The notes below the pieces were generated by a model that ran no database searches, was not told where the DNA came from, and saw nothing but the letters and a program-made list of their open reading frames with translations. Shown piece after piece: positions 28,761 to 42,189 of a stretch of DNA of 64,000 bases. The translations under genes were made by a program, and so were the position numbers. The stretch comes from Cenococcum geophilum (taxonomy: Eukaryota). Each line of letters starts with the position of its first letter. The stretch's first letter is position 1. The stretch lies in contig CP158636.1 of the NCBI GenBank assembly GCA_050273025.1, forward strand, positions 3,348,001 through 3,412,000, written 5' to 3'.

Positions 28761-31700
28761 GACTTGGATCTTCAGCGGCTTTTATAGGGTTTTTATAGAA
28801 TGTTTATCGTCTATAAGTTCTGTGATATTATAGTGTCGTATGCTTTAAAGGGCAGTGTAAGAAGGTAGTGTGGGAACCGTAAGCAGAAAAATCCAGCTTG
28901 GCATGGCCTTTGCGCTTATATTACGGTCAGTGGTTATCTTAGCGTAATTATATCATTAGCAAAGCACTAGGAACCATTGAAGGCCCAGCCTACTATAATT
29001 TCTAGTTTAATCTATTTATAGCGGATTTCTTATAAAGTTTCGTGATTTTCTATTTAAGAAACTTAGCCTTTATAAAACTATATATAATAAACTAGTAGGC
29101 TAACGGGTAGGAAGTTAAAATTTAGTACTAGAAAGAGGTAATGTAAAGGCCTGCCAATAATACTATTCTATATAATCGTCCTATATATAATATTGAAAAC
29201 TAACTAAGATAAGTATAAAAATTTTAATAATTACAAAAACTTACACCCGCCTTTAAGTAACACATTCTTAGTCCTGCCTATATAGCGCTGCTTACTTCCA
29301 TTTCATTGCTTTATAGGGAAACATATCTATATAATACTACGCGTATAACTGTCGCGTTCTTCTGGGTAACTATTTTAAGATATCCCGCTATTCCATGCCT
29401 CCCTTACATAGGCTCGTAAGGAGTGTCTCTTCGTTAGCTATCCATTATTCCACCGCTTTAGGCCTTAAACTATTATATTTATGCTCGTATCGCCATAGTA
29501 TTTTATATGGAAAATGCTTTGTAATTTCCTTCTATAGCTTTTTTTTACTATATAGGGTTAGGAGGAGGGCCTTATCCTTCTCTAGCCACTTATCCTGCTT
29601 CTTAGAAGCGGTTAGATTTTAAAGGGTTTTATTCGCAACTACAATCTTTATAACCTATTAGTAAAAGAAAAGGACGAGATTATAGACTTATTTAAGATGG
29701 GAACTAACTAGTAATAGCTGTCAAACCTCTATTAAACGCAAGTCTAGTATACCGGGTTTTTTGCTATTCTATTAAGACCTAAGATGTAAGCAAGATTAAG
29801 AGAATAAGCATAAGACGTATATATCTAGCTCCTAAATATAAGCTAGTAAATGTGGCACCTATCTAGCAATATACACGTATTAGCAACCGAGCGACCTTAA
29901 ATAGTATGCAATTGAATATTCTTTATCCGTCCATTCTTTACGTACTCTAGCGGTAAGAAAAATTTGGTTATATTTATTCTAATAAGCCCATACACTTCTT
30001 TTAAGGTTAGAAGTAACCCTATCCCAACTATTACCGCCCTTAAAAGTCATATTTATCAATTATAATCGGTCTCCAATAGTCCAATTCGCCTAATTATTCG
30101 CTAAATGATATGTAAAAGGCTTTCTATTAGCTGCTAGTAATAGGTGTAGTTTCTAGATAGTTTAATATAGTAAGTTAATTAATATCGTCAATGCTAAACT
30201 AGAAGACGCTGAACTGGGTGATATTGTTGGCGCTAAGCGGGTTGATACTAATAATAGTAGATCGCACTACTAGAGCAATTAATAGTTTAAATAGCCCTCC
30301 ATCTATATAGAATTGTTAAGAGAAAAGGAGGAAGTATTAGTTAGGGATATAGGGATATTTAACGGAACGTACCCTTTAATGGAGCACTATACAGCTAATA
30401 AAGATAACAACGCTACTATTATGGGTTTCTTCTGCTGCACGCACTGTGATTTTAAGGGTCTTATGTGTATAGACACGAATTTACATTATAGTGCAAGTAG
30501 GCCTAAAGACGTAGAGACTTCAAATTTAATTATATACCGAAATATTAACACCCTCTAATCTAAATACAAATAATTACTATTAAGACTCCATACTAGGTAG
30601 ACGCGGCCTCTAAAAGAAAACTCTCTCTATGCCTTCCTCCTTAATATACTACTCTAAGTTTTTAAGAATATCTTATATTAGAGTCTGCAATTTAATTAGA
30701 ATAGATACTGTAGAAGATATTAAACGTACCTAGAATATAATTATGTTAGGGCGACCCCGTAAATATTTAAATAATAAAGCTAAATAGATAGTATCCCATA
30801 TTTAATACCCTTTAGTTTTTTCTTAAAGAAGATAAAGAATCTCCTTTTTAGTCTCGGGGAAAAGATCAATTAAGTTAAATAAGAGGTTACGCGTAGTTCT
30901 CCCATCTAGGTAAATGTAAAGAATTTTATGCTATATAGCCTCTGCCGGTTTAATAGGGCGCTAGTATTGCAGGCCTATAGAATATTCCTTTAAATATGCT
31001 TTTTGCTAGCCTTTTAGGCCTATAGTGATTTGTTTATATAATAAAACAGTGCTTTAACACGAAGTGGTTAAGCTAGGATGCCTTTCTGATATTATTAAAG
31101 GCGCTCTTTCCAGATCCATACCAATAGGTTATGAGGCGCTGCATCTGGAATCTCGATCCTAGCTACAGGCTGCGAAAGCTATAAGAGGCTGCCAAATAAA
31201 GAAGCAGCATCTATATTAAAGAGTAAAGTGGCCGTAAATAGCTAATAGAAACGGGACAGACCAGGGAATAGTTTAAAAGGAGTAGTAAAAATAGTGAAGT
31301 TAGGGCAGTAATAAATAAGACCTATAGAAGAAAGCGACAAGGCAACTGGTATAGTGGACGGTAAAGGCAATTATGCATCCCTAGCGTAATGGGGCAAAAT
31401 CAGCTTTATATATTACTTATCCCTACCTTACGCCCTTAAGATCTAAAGCATTTTTAGGTTTATTAAGGCGTTTTAGCCTATAATTCTTACGGGACGCATT
31501 ATTGTATTGTTAAAAAGAAAATTAACGGAAGCTTCTAGACTTTACGGTAGGTAAGCTACGTCCAATTAGCCAGGGAGATAGCTGTATATTCTTACTTTAA
31601 TTAGCTGTTTAGTTTTTTATTGTAGATCTTTAGAGGAGCACGAGTTGTAGTGGTAGAGAGTGGCGTCTTAGGGATAATGAGGCGAGGGGGCTAATATACG

Positions 31701-32199
31701 CCAAGCTAATATTATAGGGGAGTTTCGTTATAATTGCAACGAAACCCCCCTATACTGTTTCCTACTTCTCCTACTCTTACGCCTAGCTGCCTTTTTTTAT
31801 TAGGTCAAATAACCTAATAGGCTTGTAATACTTATATCTTAGCAGCAGGGTAATAAGACGCTTATTAGCGCTATGGTAATTTTATTCTATAGTCCTTTCT
31901 TACCTAAGCTAATTATTCTTTACTATAGAAGGGAGAAGCAGTCCTTCCCAATGCGTTTTTACAGCTAGCTCGCACCGTTAATTCTTATTCTTTTGTAGGT
32001 TTACCTTCTAATACTTCTTTCCTAAGGTGTTACTTACGCGTAATAGTTATTATTAAATAAGCTTAAGCGGGTTGCGTAATACCTACGCTTTATTAGCGAA
32101 ACTAAAGGAATTAAAGTTCTTAATAGAGTAGTAGAGAATTTCCTAGAAGCTTTTTTTATTGGGTATATTAATTAAATAGAGGCGCTTAGCTTAAGTAAT

Positions 32200-33600
32200 A
32201 CTTTGGTAATTTTGGGGGTTTAGAAGACTTTAATAATCTTAATAGCCCTAAAAGCTCTAGTAGCTTTAGCGACTCTAATAACTCTAGAGACTTAGAAAGG
32301 TCTATATAACTTCTTTTTATTATTCCTAGTTCCTAAGGAAATTATACTTTCTAATAAACGCCCTACCCCGCTTTATGGAGGAAATTTAGTCTATAAGGGA
32401 GCAAGAACCCCGCTTTATAAAGGTAGAGAAGTAAAACTGGAGACCTTACCACAAACAGCCGTGCAGCGACTTGTTACTATTAGCGTAAAAATTCTGTCCC
32501 TAAACCTAAATGACTTAGATACGTTTCGCTTACTCTATAATCCGGCTAAGGGCGGATTAACTAAAGCCCTATAGGAACTATATACCGGACTAGTAGGAGA
32601 CGATAATAAGCTTATAATTTATAACCTAGCTAACGTTTTTAAGAATAACAAAAATCTAGTTAGCCGTAGGTTAATAAAGTCTATCCTATCTAAGAGGATA
32701 GATATTATAGTAAAGTATTTAAAGGAGGCAAAATAAAAGCTCGAAAATGGCGAAAGCCTTAGGAGTATGGCAAGGAAGTTAGTCTGTTCTTTAGGAGAAG
32801 AAGTATTAAAATATAACGATATTACTAGCCAGAAATAGAATCTTTTTAAACCTAGAATACGCATTAGTCTTGGCAATATAGACTACAGCATAATGTTAGT
32901 TCTTCCTTAGGCCTTTACTATATTAATAATTAACTCTTAATAGTATCGAGAGGCATATAACCTTAGGAGAATTTTTCGTCTTAAATGCTTAGTTATAGAC
33001 CTAACCGCAATACCTAGAATGGATAGAGTTGGCTTCTTTAAAGAAGCAACTAAAGGATATATATCTCGGTTACGCTAATACTAACTTAATAAGTTAACCC
33101 GAAGCTTAGAACGCCCCTTAGAGCTCTAGTAGAGCGAAAAGGCCGGCGGAAATTAAGCACTCCTAAAAAAAGCGCCCTAGATTAGATAGTTCCTTGCCAC
33201 CTAGTATAGAGGAGGAAAGTACGCCTGTTGAAATCTCTTAGGATTATCCCGACGTATATTAGGATCTTCCGTTAATTTCCCCTGGGCTCCTTTAGTATTA
33301 TCCCAATATATATTAAGAGCTTCCATTAATTTCCCCTAAGTTCCCTTAGGACGATCTTAATATATATCTAGACCTTCCACTAATCCATTTTAAGGACTAT
33401 CTTGATATTTATTGGGACCTTCCTAAGTTCTTTAACCCTCTTAATATATATTAGGACCTTCCGCCAATCTAATCTAAGCTTATTTAGGACTATCTTAATA
33501 TATACCTAGGCCCTCTATGAATTCCCACCTGCATAAACGGCACGGTAATAAATAATATAGTTAATTGCTACGCTATAGTCCCCTATATATAGTATAACAG
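32200..33600 (+). pseudogene. RIP-destroyed hypothetical gene with internal ~54-bp repeats
   Basis: Protein-like frame with RIP stops; about six degenerate units (..ggactatcttaatatatattaggaccttcc..) at 33236-33520. No family recognised. Confidence 0.35.
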
Positions 33601-36399
33601 CCATTACAGCCCGCAAAATCCATTATATTTTACCGTTCTTAATAGGGGACCTTCCGCATATTTGGAATACCAATCTAACCCTTAAACTATAACGGCTACT
33701 GCGAGGTAGTAACTCTGCGGACTTATACAGATATATAAGCGGTTCCACCTCTATACCCTTTAAAAATCTAGGGCGTATTATATAAAGCACCTAATATCTC
33801 ACCACTCTTTTGCTAAAAGGATTCGTAATCTGCCAAAACCTTAAATTTTAGTAGTCTATTACTTAAACCTAACGGCCTAATAGCTAATATTTACTATAGC
33901 CTTATTTACACTCTATACGGGTATATATAGATAGGGAGTCTATAGATTGTTATATTGTACTAAAGTTAACTTTTTAAGTAAAACGGCGTTAGGGGTTATA
34001 GTTAGGATTATTATAGTAATAGTTCTAGCTTTCTAGTTTATATTTATTAATATACTATTATACCTCTTCTAGCGTTAGTACTAACCTCTAAGTATAGATT
34101 AATATATTTGTCTATTGTTATTACGGCGGGTATAATACAAAAAGGTATATTAGATATCCTTAAAGAGGAATTCTCTTAGTTTTATGTCGCTATATAGGCT
34201 ATTAAATTATCTATATCTTTACTGTTAATGCCAGAAGCTATCTATGGCCTAGATATTGCTAAGTTAAAGGTGTAAGTAGTGGATATAAGTAAATAAAAGC
34301 TATTTAGTAGGGCTGATTTTTAGTTAAGTAGGGCCCACATAATACTACCCGTTCTTAAGAAATATTATCGCACTAATGCGCGCCTAAGCATCAACGCACC
34401 TTATAGAAGAGATGTAGGCAACTTATAAAAATTGTTTTAATATTTATAAGTAAAGGGAATATGCCATAAACTATATATAAATATATATCCTCTAGTCCTA
34501 TATAAAGAGGCCACTAGACCTCTACTCCCGTTATTATTACTTTAACCTTACCTAGCGCTTTTACCTTTTAAGAATAACATTGTAATAAAGCTGCCGGAGA
34601 TTACAAAGGACAATTTAATTTTTAGACTAGATTGTCCTCCTATTTCTCCTTAAGATTTCCTATAGAGCTTTTATAAACTTAATACTAATTATAACGGTGT
34701 TGAGGTAAAAGATGCTATATACCCTTTATATTAGTCTAATAGTTCTATAGGTTAAAGATATTTTTGCCCTCTACTATACACGGCAGTGCTAGCACTATAG
34801 CTCGCACCTATATTACGGTAAACGTATCTTCTTAGGGATATTTAATTCTAATAGTTTAGTGGTTAAACGTACGGTATTCTTAGGTAATCTTATACTTATA
34901 AAAGGCGGGCCAGAAATGATTAAATAGGTAGAATATAAGGTAGAGAATGGGAATAATTGGCTTTAGATAAAAAATGCCCCTTCTTCTTAAAAATTCTTTA
35001 AATGGGTCTCCTTTAATGACGAACTTAAGCAAGCTAAGGTAAATATTATAAATATTATAGATTTTTATAAGTTAACAGTTTTATAGGTCTTAGACATAAT
35101 TAGTCTCCGCCCTACTTTAAGCGTTTCCCCCCTATATGGGAGACGGTTTACCCTACTTAGGATTTTTCTTTTAAATAGGTTATAGAAGCTAGGCAAAGTG
35201 CTATTAGATATAGTTGAAAAGATAGAAAACGGAGAGGAAGTTATAGAATAGGTAAAGCATAAGCTATAGCATTGTAAGGGCGAAGACTTAGCCGGGCAGA
35301 TATTGTCTTTAAGTTTTACTTAGCTAATACAGGAGCTACCTTTACAAGGAGGATGTCTCTCCATTAATTTTACTCCTATAACAGTAAAGCCTATACGCAG
35401 CGTTACTTATGGGCTCAAGCTTTAGGTTTCTATTTCCGGCTTATTCTATTTATAGCGCATTTCCTATTATATAAGGGCTGGAAAAGGTCCGCAAGAGTAT
35501 TACTTTTTTAATGGCGGTAAGTAAGAGCCACTTATAACATGCGGATCGTTAGAGTCCGGTAATGAAAATTTAACCTAAGTTTTCTGTCGCTCGCTTATAC
35601 GCCGCAGAACTTTTTTAAATAAACCAGTAAGAAGTAGGCTTGGCAAAGTTTACAATTTTGGACCCCAATCTTCGGCGGCTTCTATAGGGTTTTTGTGGAA
35701 TATTTATCGTCTACAAGTTCTATAACACTGCGGTGTTGTATACTTTGAAGGGCAGTGCGAGAAGGTAGTATAGGTTGAAAAATCCTGCTTAGCATAGCCT
35801 TCGCGCTTATATTACGGTTAGTAGTGGTCTTAGCATAATTATATTATAAGTATAGAAGATTTAAGAAGCTTCCTAAAAGTTCATTAGCAAAGCACTAGGA
35901 ACCATTTAAGGCAGCGGAGTGACATTTGTCTAAATGTTAAGTAAATACTATAGGACTAAGGTGACGAAATTTTATGCAAGAGCTGTATATATGTAATTAT
36001 ATCTATAAAGGTTCTAAATCCAGAGGGCTATTAGAAAGGGCTCTAATACCTTTACCATAAAATAATTAGTTTAAGCCTCTTTAGTCAATGTTATTGTTAT
36101 CTTTTAAGGCTGTGTACCTTAGTATTATGCGCTCTTAAAGGAGGGGAAGTTGATTTTGACGTATTTAATAAAGTGTTAAGTGGGGGTGCTATGAAAGCTT
36201 GAGCCTTCTTAGTTATCGTCTATGGTAAGCAGCTATATACGACTTAGTGTCTCCTCCATCAGGATCGCTAGCACTATGTAATCAGAAAGTAGGCTTCTGC
36301 ATCTTAATTACTAACGTACGGTATATCACCATCTTCTTACTATTTACTATTCCAGTTATTAATCCCAAGTTGTTTACTATTGCTAACGGCTTTTCTAAA

Positions 36400-37260
36400 T
36401 CAGAAAATCCGCAGAACTCCCTATATGTCGTTAGTGAGCGTTATTATAGCTACATATAAAATGCACGGAGGAAGTATTGTCCCTTAATCTAGAGGATAAT
36501 AACTACCTTTACCGAATCTAAAGAGGCGCATAAATTATTTATGTCTTGGTTTTACATATAGATATTATACCTATAACCGATCGAACCGATAGCTTAAGGA
36601 TACTGATAAAATTGCGCTCTTTCCTAGCTTGGAATAAATAGTAGAATACGCTTACGGTCTATAAGACGTCTTATAGGATCTTATATCTGGTAGATACCTT
36701 TAAACCGCACTAGTTATATCAACTCCCTATTTCTATACGCTCTTATTAATACTATAATTTTCTAGGCCTTACTCCAGTCGGTCGGATTAGCGATAGAGTT
36801 TTATTTATAGGTGTATAAGGGAAGATATACGTTTTAAAGATTGCTAGATTCGGGTATAAGCTTAAAGCTCTTTATATAGAGATTAAGGCTTATAGTGCTC
36901 TTAAGATGCATAGGTTTACATTTACGCTAAAGTTCTTAGGCTATATTTATAAAGAAATAAAAAGTCGGGTTATAGGCTTTTTAATAAAAGCTTTTAATAG
37001 CCGTTACCCAGATATAAAGGATCTAGAGATCTATAAAGATACTATACTATAGTTGTATGCCGTAGGAGTCGTCTATAGAGACCTAAATAAGTATAATATT
37101 GTAATTAAAGGCAAGAAAGCGAAGTTTATAGATTTTAAGGCGGCCACTTTCTAGGATAATAAAAACTACGCGAAGTTAGAGCTAGAGGAAACTATTAAGC
37201 TTACTTAGAAGCTAGTAGACGCGTTAAGGGTAGGGGATTGTAGGATATAGCCAGAATATA
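36400..37260 (+). pseudogene. RIP-destroyed protein-kinase-like gene
   Basis: De-RIPped YVLKIARF (~36828), EIKAY, PKFLGYVYEE...RVIGFLME, catalytic loop VVHGDLNKYNI (37068-37100), FIDFE (~37124). Start approximate. Confidence 0.8.
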
Positions 37261-40200
37261 AACCTTCTACTGGAGGACCAGCAAATTATAGACTCTTCGC
37301 CTTACTTAGCATATACTTATTACTTCCTTTATCTAACCTAATTAATGCTAGTATAGGGAGCTTAGAATACTAGAGATATCTTTTTAATAGCCTATTATTA
37401 TTCGCTTATTGCTAGCTCTTATACCCTCTTTGGGCGTTATTGGTATTCACAACCTATTCTTTAATATAATTATCCGCTTCTTAAACACGCTCTATATAAA
37501 TATGTCGATGTCTTTATATCTATATACTAAATTATATTGCTAAAATACCTTGTGTCCGTTCTAGCGTAATTCGAATATTTAACGAATTCGCCGTCCTTAG
37601 AGTGTTCGTAAGAATATTAGACTTATTCCTGCGTGTATACGGAATAAGATATAACTAGATATACTTCTTATATTAGTTCTTAGTATAGAGTATTCTAAGG
37701 CTTACTTACTAATTAACTTTGACGTCTACTGTTCTTAGAAATAAGGAAAGCTGATTAGAAACTTATAGCTGACTGAATTTAACTAAGGGCAGTAAGCTAG
37801 AAAACTAGGAGGGTGGCCGCAGTGACTTTATTACCTAGAAGAACCATATAATAGGTAAAAAGACGTTCTTATAAATATTATTTCCTAATATAACTATGTA
37901 AAGGTGCGTAAAGGTGCGAGCTATATATTATCCTAATCGGCGCTACTAATAGGACTAGTCTTTTTGGTGCTAGTTAGTGGTTAATATTTCTTATTATATA
38001 TTCCATTTCTAGCTTAATCTATTTATAGCGCATTTCCTAATATAAGGGCTGTATGAGAAGGTCCGCAAGAGTATTACTTTTTTAAGGGCGGTAAGTAAGA
38101 GCCACTTATTACTACTTATAATGCTATAAACGATAGAGAATGTAAGGCTAAAACTCCGTTTACAACTTGGCTAGCTAATTAAAATTATATAACACAGCTG
38201 AAACCAAGCGGCAGTATAAATAACATAAAGTTGGGCGTTAATAATTGATTAACTCATATATACGATATAAAGGCGCATAAACTAGCTGTAGAAACTTAGT
38301 TTTTAGTTAATTTACCTTATAAATAAGAACGAGCTACGAGAATCCAATCCTTATAAGATATTTTATTGGCGGAGGGGCTATATATATCTAGTGACTCCAA
38401 TATATAGCTAAAATGCGCGTTATAGCGGACGCCTTACCCGTTCTACTGTTTGGCTAGTAGCCTAATTATATATATAATATTCTGTGTTAGAAAGCTTTAA
38501 TAGTAGAGCAGAGTAAATCCGGCCGTAGCTTAGCCTAAGAGGTAGCCGCTTAGCAATTCTTTTATATAAGCCTTCCCGTTAGGCACTAACGTCTAAGTAG
38601 CCATAAACCTATTAGCTGCAGCAATACCTCTATTTTCCCTTATAAATTTCATTTAACCCTACTTCGCTAATTGTTCGCAACGTAGTTCCGTAAAGCCGCT
38701 CTCTATTTAAGCCTACGATCTACCTCTTTTTATATTTCTTGTATTCTGCCTCTCCTAGTTATCTAGTAATTCTATTTTTGCCATTAAGGTAAATATTAGC
38801 TTGGCCATTCTACCCCGCGCAGCGTATGCCTAATTACTTATATCTTCTATAATAGTTATGCTTTAATATATATATACTTTACGGCCTTTTATTCTAAAAC
38901 AAATTCCTAAATCAGCCGCTATTCCTCCTTAGACGGCTATCTATAATTAAGAACGCTTTATAAAAAACAATATTTACTTAATATTTTACGTCCACAGAAC
39001 GCCTCTCCTTTATAGCCACTAGTATCGCCGACTTACGCGGTCGCACTTCTAGCTATATGGGTTATATCCACTAAGGCTGGGGATAAGGCGCTTAATAGGG
39101 AATGGGAGGAGATTAGAGGTTATAAATTTGAGATAATAGAGGATATAACTATAACATTTAAAGGCAGATTATGTATTATTAAAGACAGCGAAGGGAAGCT
39201 AGTTAAAGAATTAGGTACTAAAGATAGAGAAGTAATAAGAGGGGTTTTTACTAGGTATAAATGTTATATAATAAGGGCACGGATTAAGTTAGAGAAGAGG
39301 TAGTAATAAGTGGTAATCCGAAGCGATATATGCTATTTATTTATAGATAAGAGTCAATCTCTAGCTTCTTTTATAGTATTTCCCTAAAACTCTAGAGTAT
39401 CTTAGTTCCCTAAACCGAATAAATTAAAGATATTCTATCCGTTCTTATAGCCGATCCTAACTAATAAAAGAGCGTCCTTATTGTCCTTTAGCATATACAT
39501 AGACAAGCAATTTGTAACCGCTAGTCCTCCACTCTCCTTTTCCTTTTTCTATAAATTACTCGTCTTTATCCTAGTACAAAATAGCTTAGGGAGATTTTTA
39601 ATCATATAGCGCCTTATAAATAAGAAAGAAAAGTACTGGCCCTCCCCTGGCAATATTAGATTTCCTATTTAATATTAACTACAGATACGACATCTTATTA
39701 AAGGTCATTTTATAGACCTAGAGTTTGCTATAATTCTAACCGGGGACGCTTTAATAATAGTTTATCTGTAACTTAATAATACACTAGCATAATAGCGCTT
39801 AGAGAACTTTTAGAAGAGGCGTTTATCTTAGATAAGTATTAATATATTAAACTTAGGGAACAAGGTGTCCAACTATTGGTTTTAGAATTGTTAGACAAGA
39901 TTGTACTTTCCTTTTATAATAAATCTTGCTCTAAGATATATAAGCAACAAATTAACGAGTACTTAAGACTTGTATACTAAGCGTTCTATAAGCGTCCTAA
40001 GGGATTAAAGCTTTAGAATGCCTCTCCAATAACTAAGAGTCTTAGGCTAACCCTGGCGATAGTTAATACTAAGCACCGATTATATAACTAATTAATTATT
40101 GCGTACCTAAGCCTAGGCCTTAGGCTCTAGTCGACTAAGCTTCTCCGTTAGGTCTAGCTTGTTAATTTAGCGACGCTGCTGTAATTAGTTATACTCTCTC

Positions 40201-42189
40201 CTTAAAAGGGGAATAGAGGTTTATATACCTTTATCTTGGTTACGTTTTGTAGGTTAGAGCTTAATATACGCTAATCCAGTCAGTATAATGTTATATATAA
40301 AAGAAGGGTTTATACTTTAAGGAAATAAGGCTTATATAAAACTAAGGTAACCACGGCTACTAGTAAAGCCCTATTCTACGGCTATTAACTTAAAAAACTT
40401 TTTAGCTATAGGCCTTAAGTTTAAACAATACGGTTCGTAGTTTTTAAGGCAAGTAAGGTACTCCATGACAATATTAAAGCTTGTTTTAGTATATTCCGTT
40501 AGCGGGATAACTAATACTACAGCAAGAAAGACGTAATTGTTTACATCCTAAATATCTATATATACGCGACGGGCTCAGGCCTTCCGCCATTTTGTTGCAT
40601 TTTGGCCGCTAGGCTCCTTAATAGGCTCGCCCTAAATAAAGTTAAGATGGGAGTTTTTTAAGAGTGCTTAATCGCCACGTATTATACCATTTATTTTTAA
40701 TTACTTAACTTTCTTATTAATCTTAATAAGGAATCTATTGATTTCCGCATTAAAACTTAGTAGGGTTAACCAACCCGCCTTAGAAGTTGTGTATTAGTCT
40801 ATAGTTAGGAGCGGATCTAGAATATTATAGCTAGTGACCCTCTTTATACGATAGAGTGAAATTTAATAAAGTGAAATGCAATATTAAATGAAGTGAGATA
40901 GGTATGGGTAAAGTGTAGTTTTATATAAATCTAGGTTCCAATTTTAGCGCCTATACGTCACAACGTGTTATACAGGGATTGGTTTAGCCAATAGGTATAT
41001 AAGGAAGATCTTAACCGTTAGGGCGCGGCTATATATCAGCTAGTGGAACGTCTAGGGACTATGTCGTCTTACCACAGCCTATATTTTATTTCACTCCACT
41101 TTATCTTATTTCAGCTAAGTTTTAGACTTTGATATACCTTTAAGCTTTATTGGTTCTAATATATATATACTCTCTTTACCCTAATCTAAAACATCCTACC
41201 TAAATCCTATATATTAATTAGAGCCATTATATCTGCCTTCTTTTATATTATATAAGGGAAAACAGGATAGTAATAGAGTGAGATAAAATGGGGTAAGATA
41301 AAATGGAGTAAGATATGGAATAAAGTGTAGTAGAATAAAGTGGAATGGAATAGAACAAGCTAAAGCGAGGCGAGCACTAATTGGCATCTATTCTTCCTCC
41401 GCCTTTAGTACTTCTTCACATTCTCTAAAACCGTCCACCTAGCTCCTGCGTATTGATCAGAACAATTATATCATTTTTAACTGTACCCTTAGCAATTAGA
41501 ACTCGTAACGCCTTACCCAACTCACTAGCATATATTTACTTCGGTTAAAAGAGTAATTAGCTTATTTAGTGTCAACCTTCTTTTACAATATTATAGAATC
41601 TAAGCCGCGATCTACGGTGCAAGCCACCTATTAAAGTCCTTCTGTATACTACCCTCTATTAATCTAAGATATACAGCTAGCTCCTACGTATTAACTAAGA
41701 CTAGGACTGAGATCCTAGCATACAGTCCTATACCTTAAGCCTATTATTCAACTTATAGTATCCATATTAGTAGGATACTAGTATAATCTAGCGCTCCAAT
41801 GCTTGCAATTATAATTGCGTATTTAAACCACTAAATAATATCTTAATAAGCAAGCCCCTCCCTACAGCTTTACCGAGTGGAGCTTTTCACTATTAAAACA
41901 ATGCCACTACGTATCTAGCCTCTGCTAGGATAGATAAGGGAAAGGCCGCATAGCTAGAGAGGGGTGTAGTGAATATTTACAGCACAGCGGTAATAGACCG
42001 AAAGGTATAATATTGGGTAGATTTCCCTCCACAGACCGGTACTATTGACCTCCTCCAGCTACTTCTCTAATCTTATACTTTGAATCAGCTTTACCCTTTA
42101 GGTAATATACAAACTATATTAAAGACCCTAAACACTCCTCCGGGCAGCCCTACTCTATTACTAGCTTAGTAGCCCCTTACTATATAGCA

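Noticed and set aside
4999..36459. Short ORFs in the RIPped region taken as functional genes
   Set aside because: I/L/Y/K-rich chance ORFs, or stop-free remnants of dead transposons and pseudogenes.
38300..40300. Additional decayed genes (also 29250-31150 and 33800-35400)
   Set aside because: Protein-like traces are present but no family or reliable boundaries can be supported by eye.
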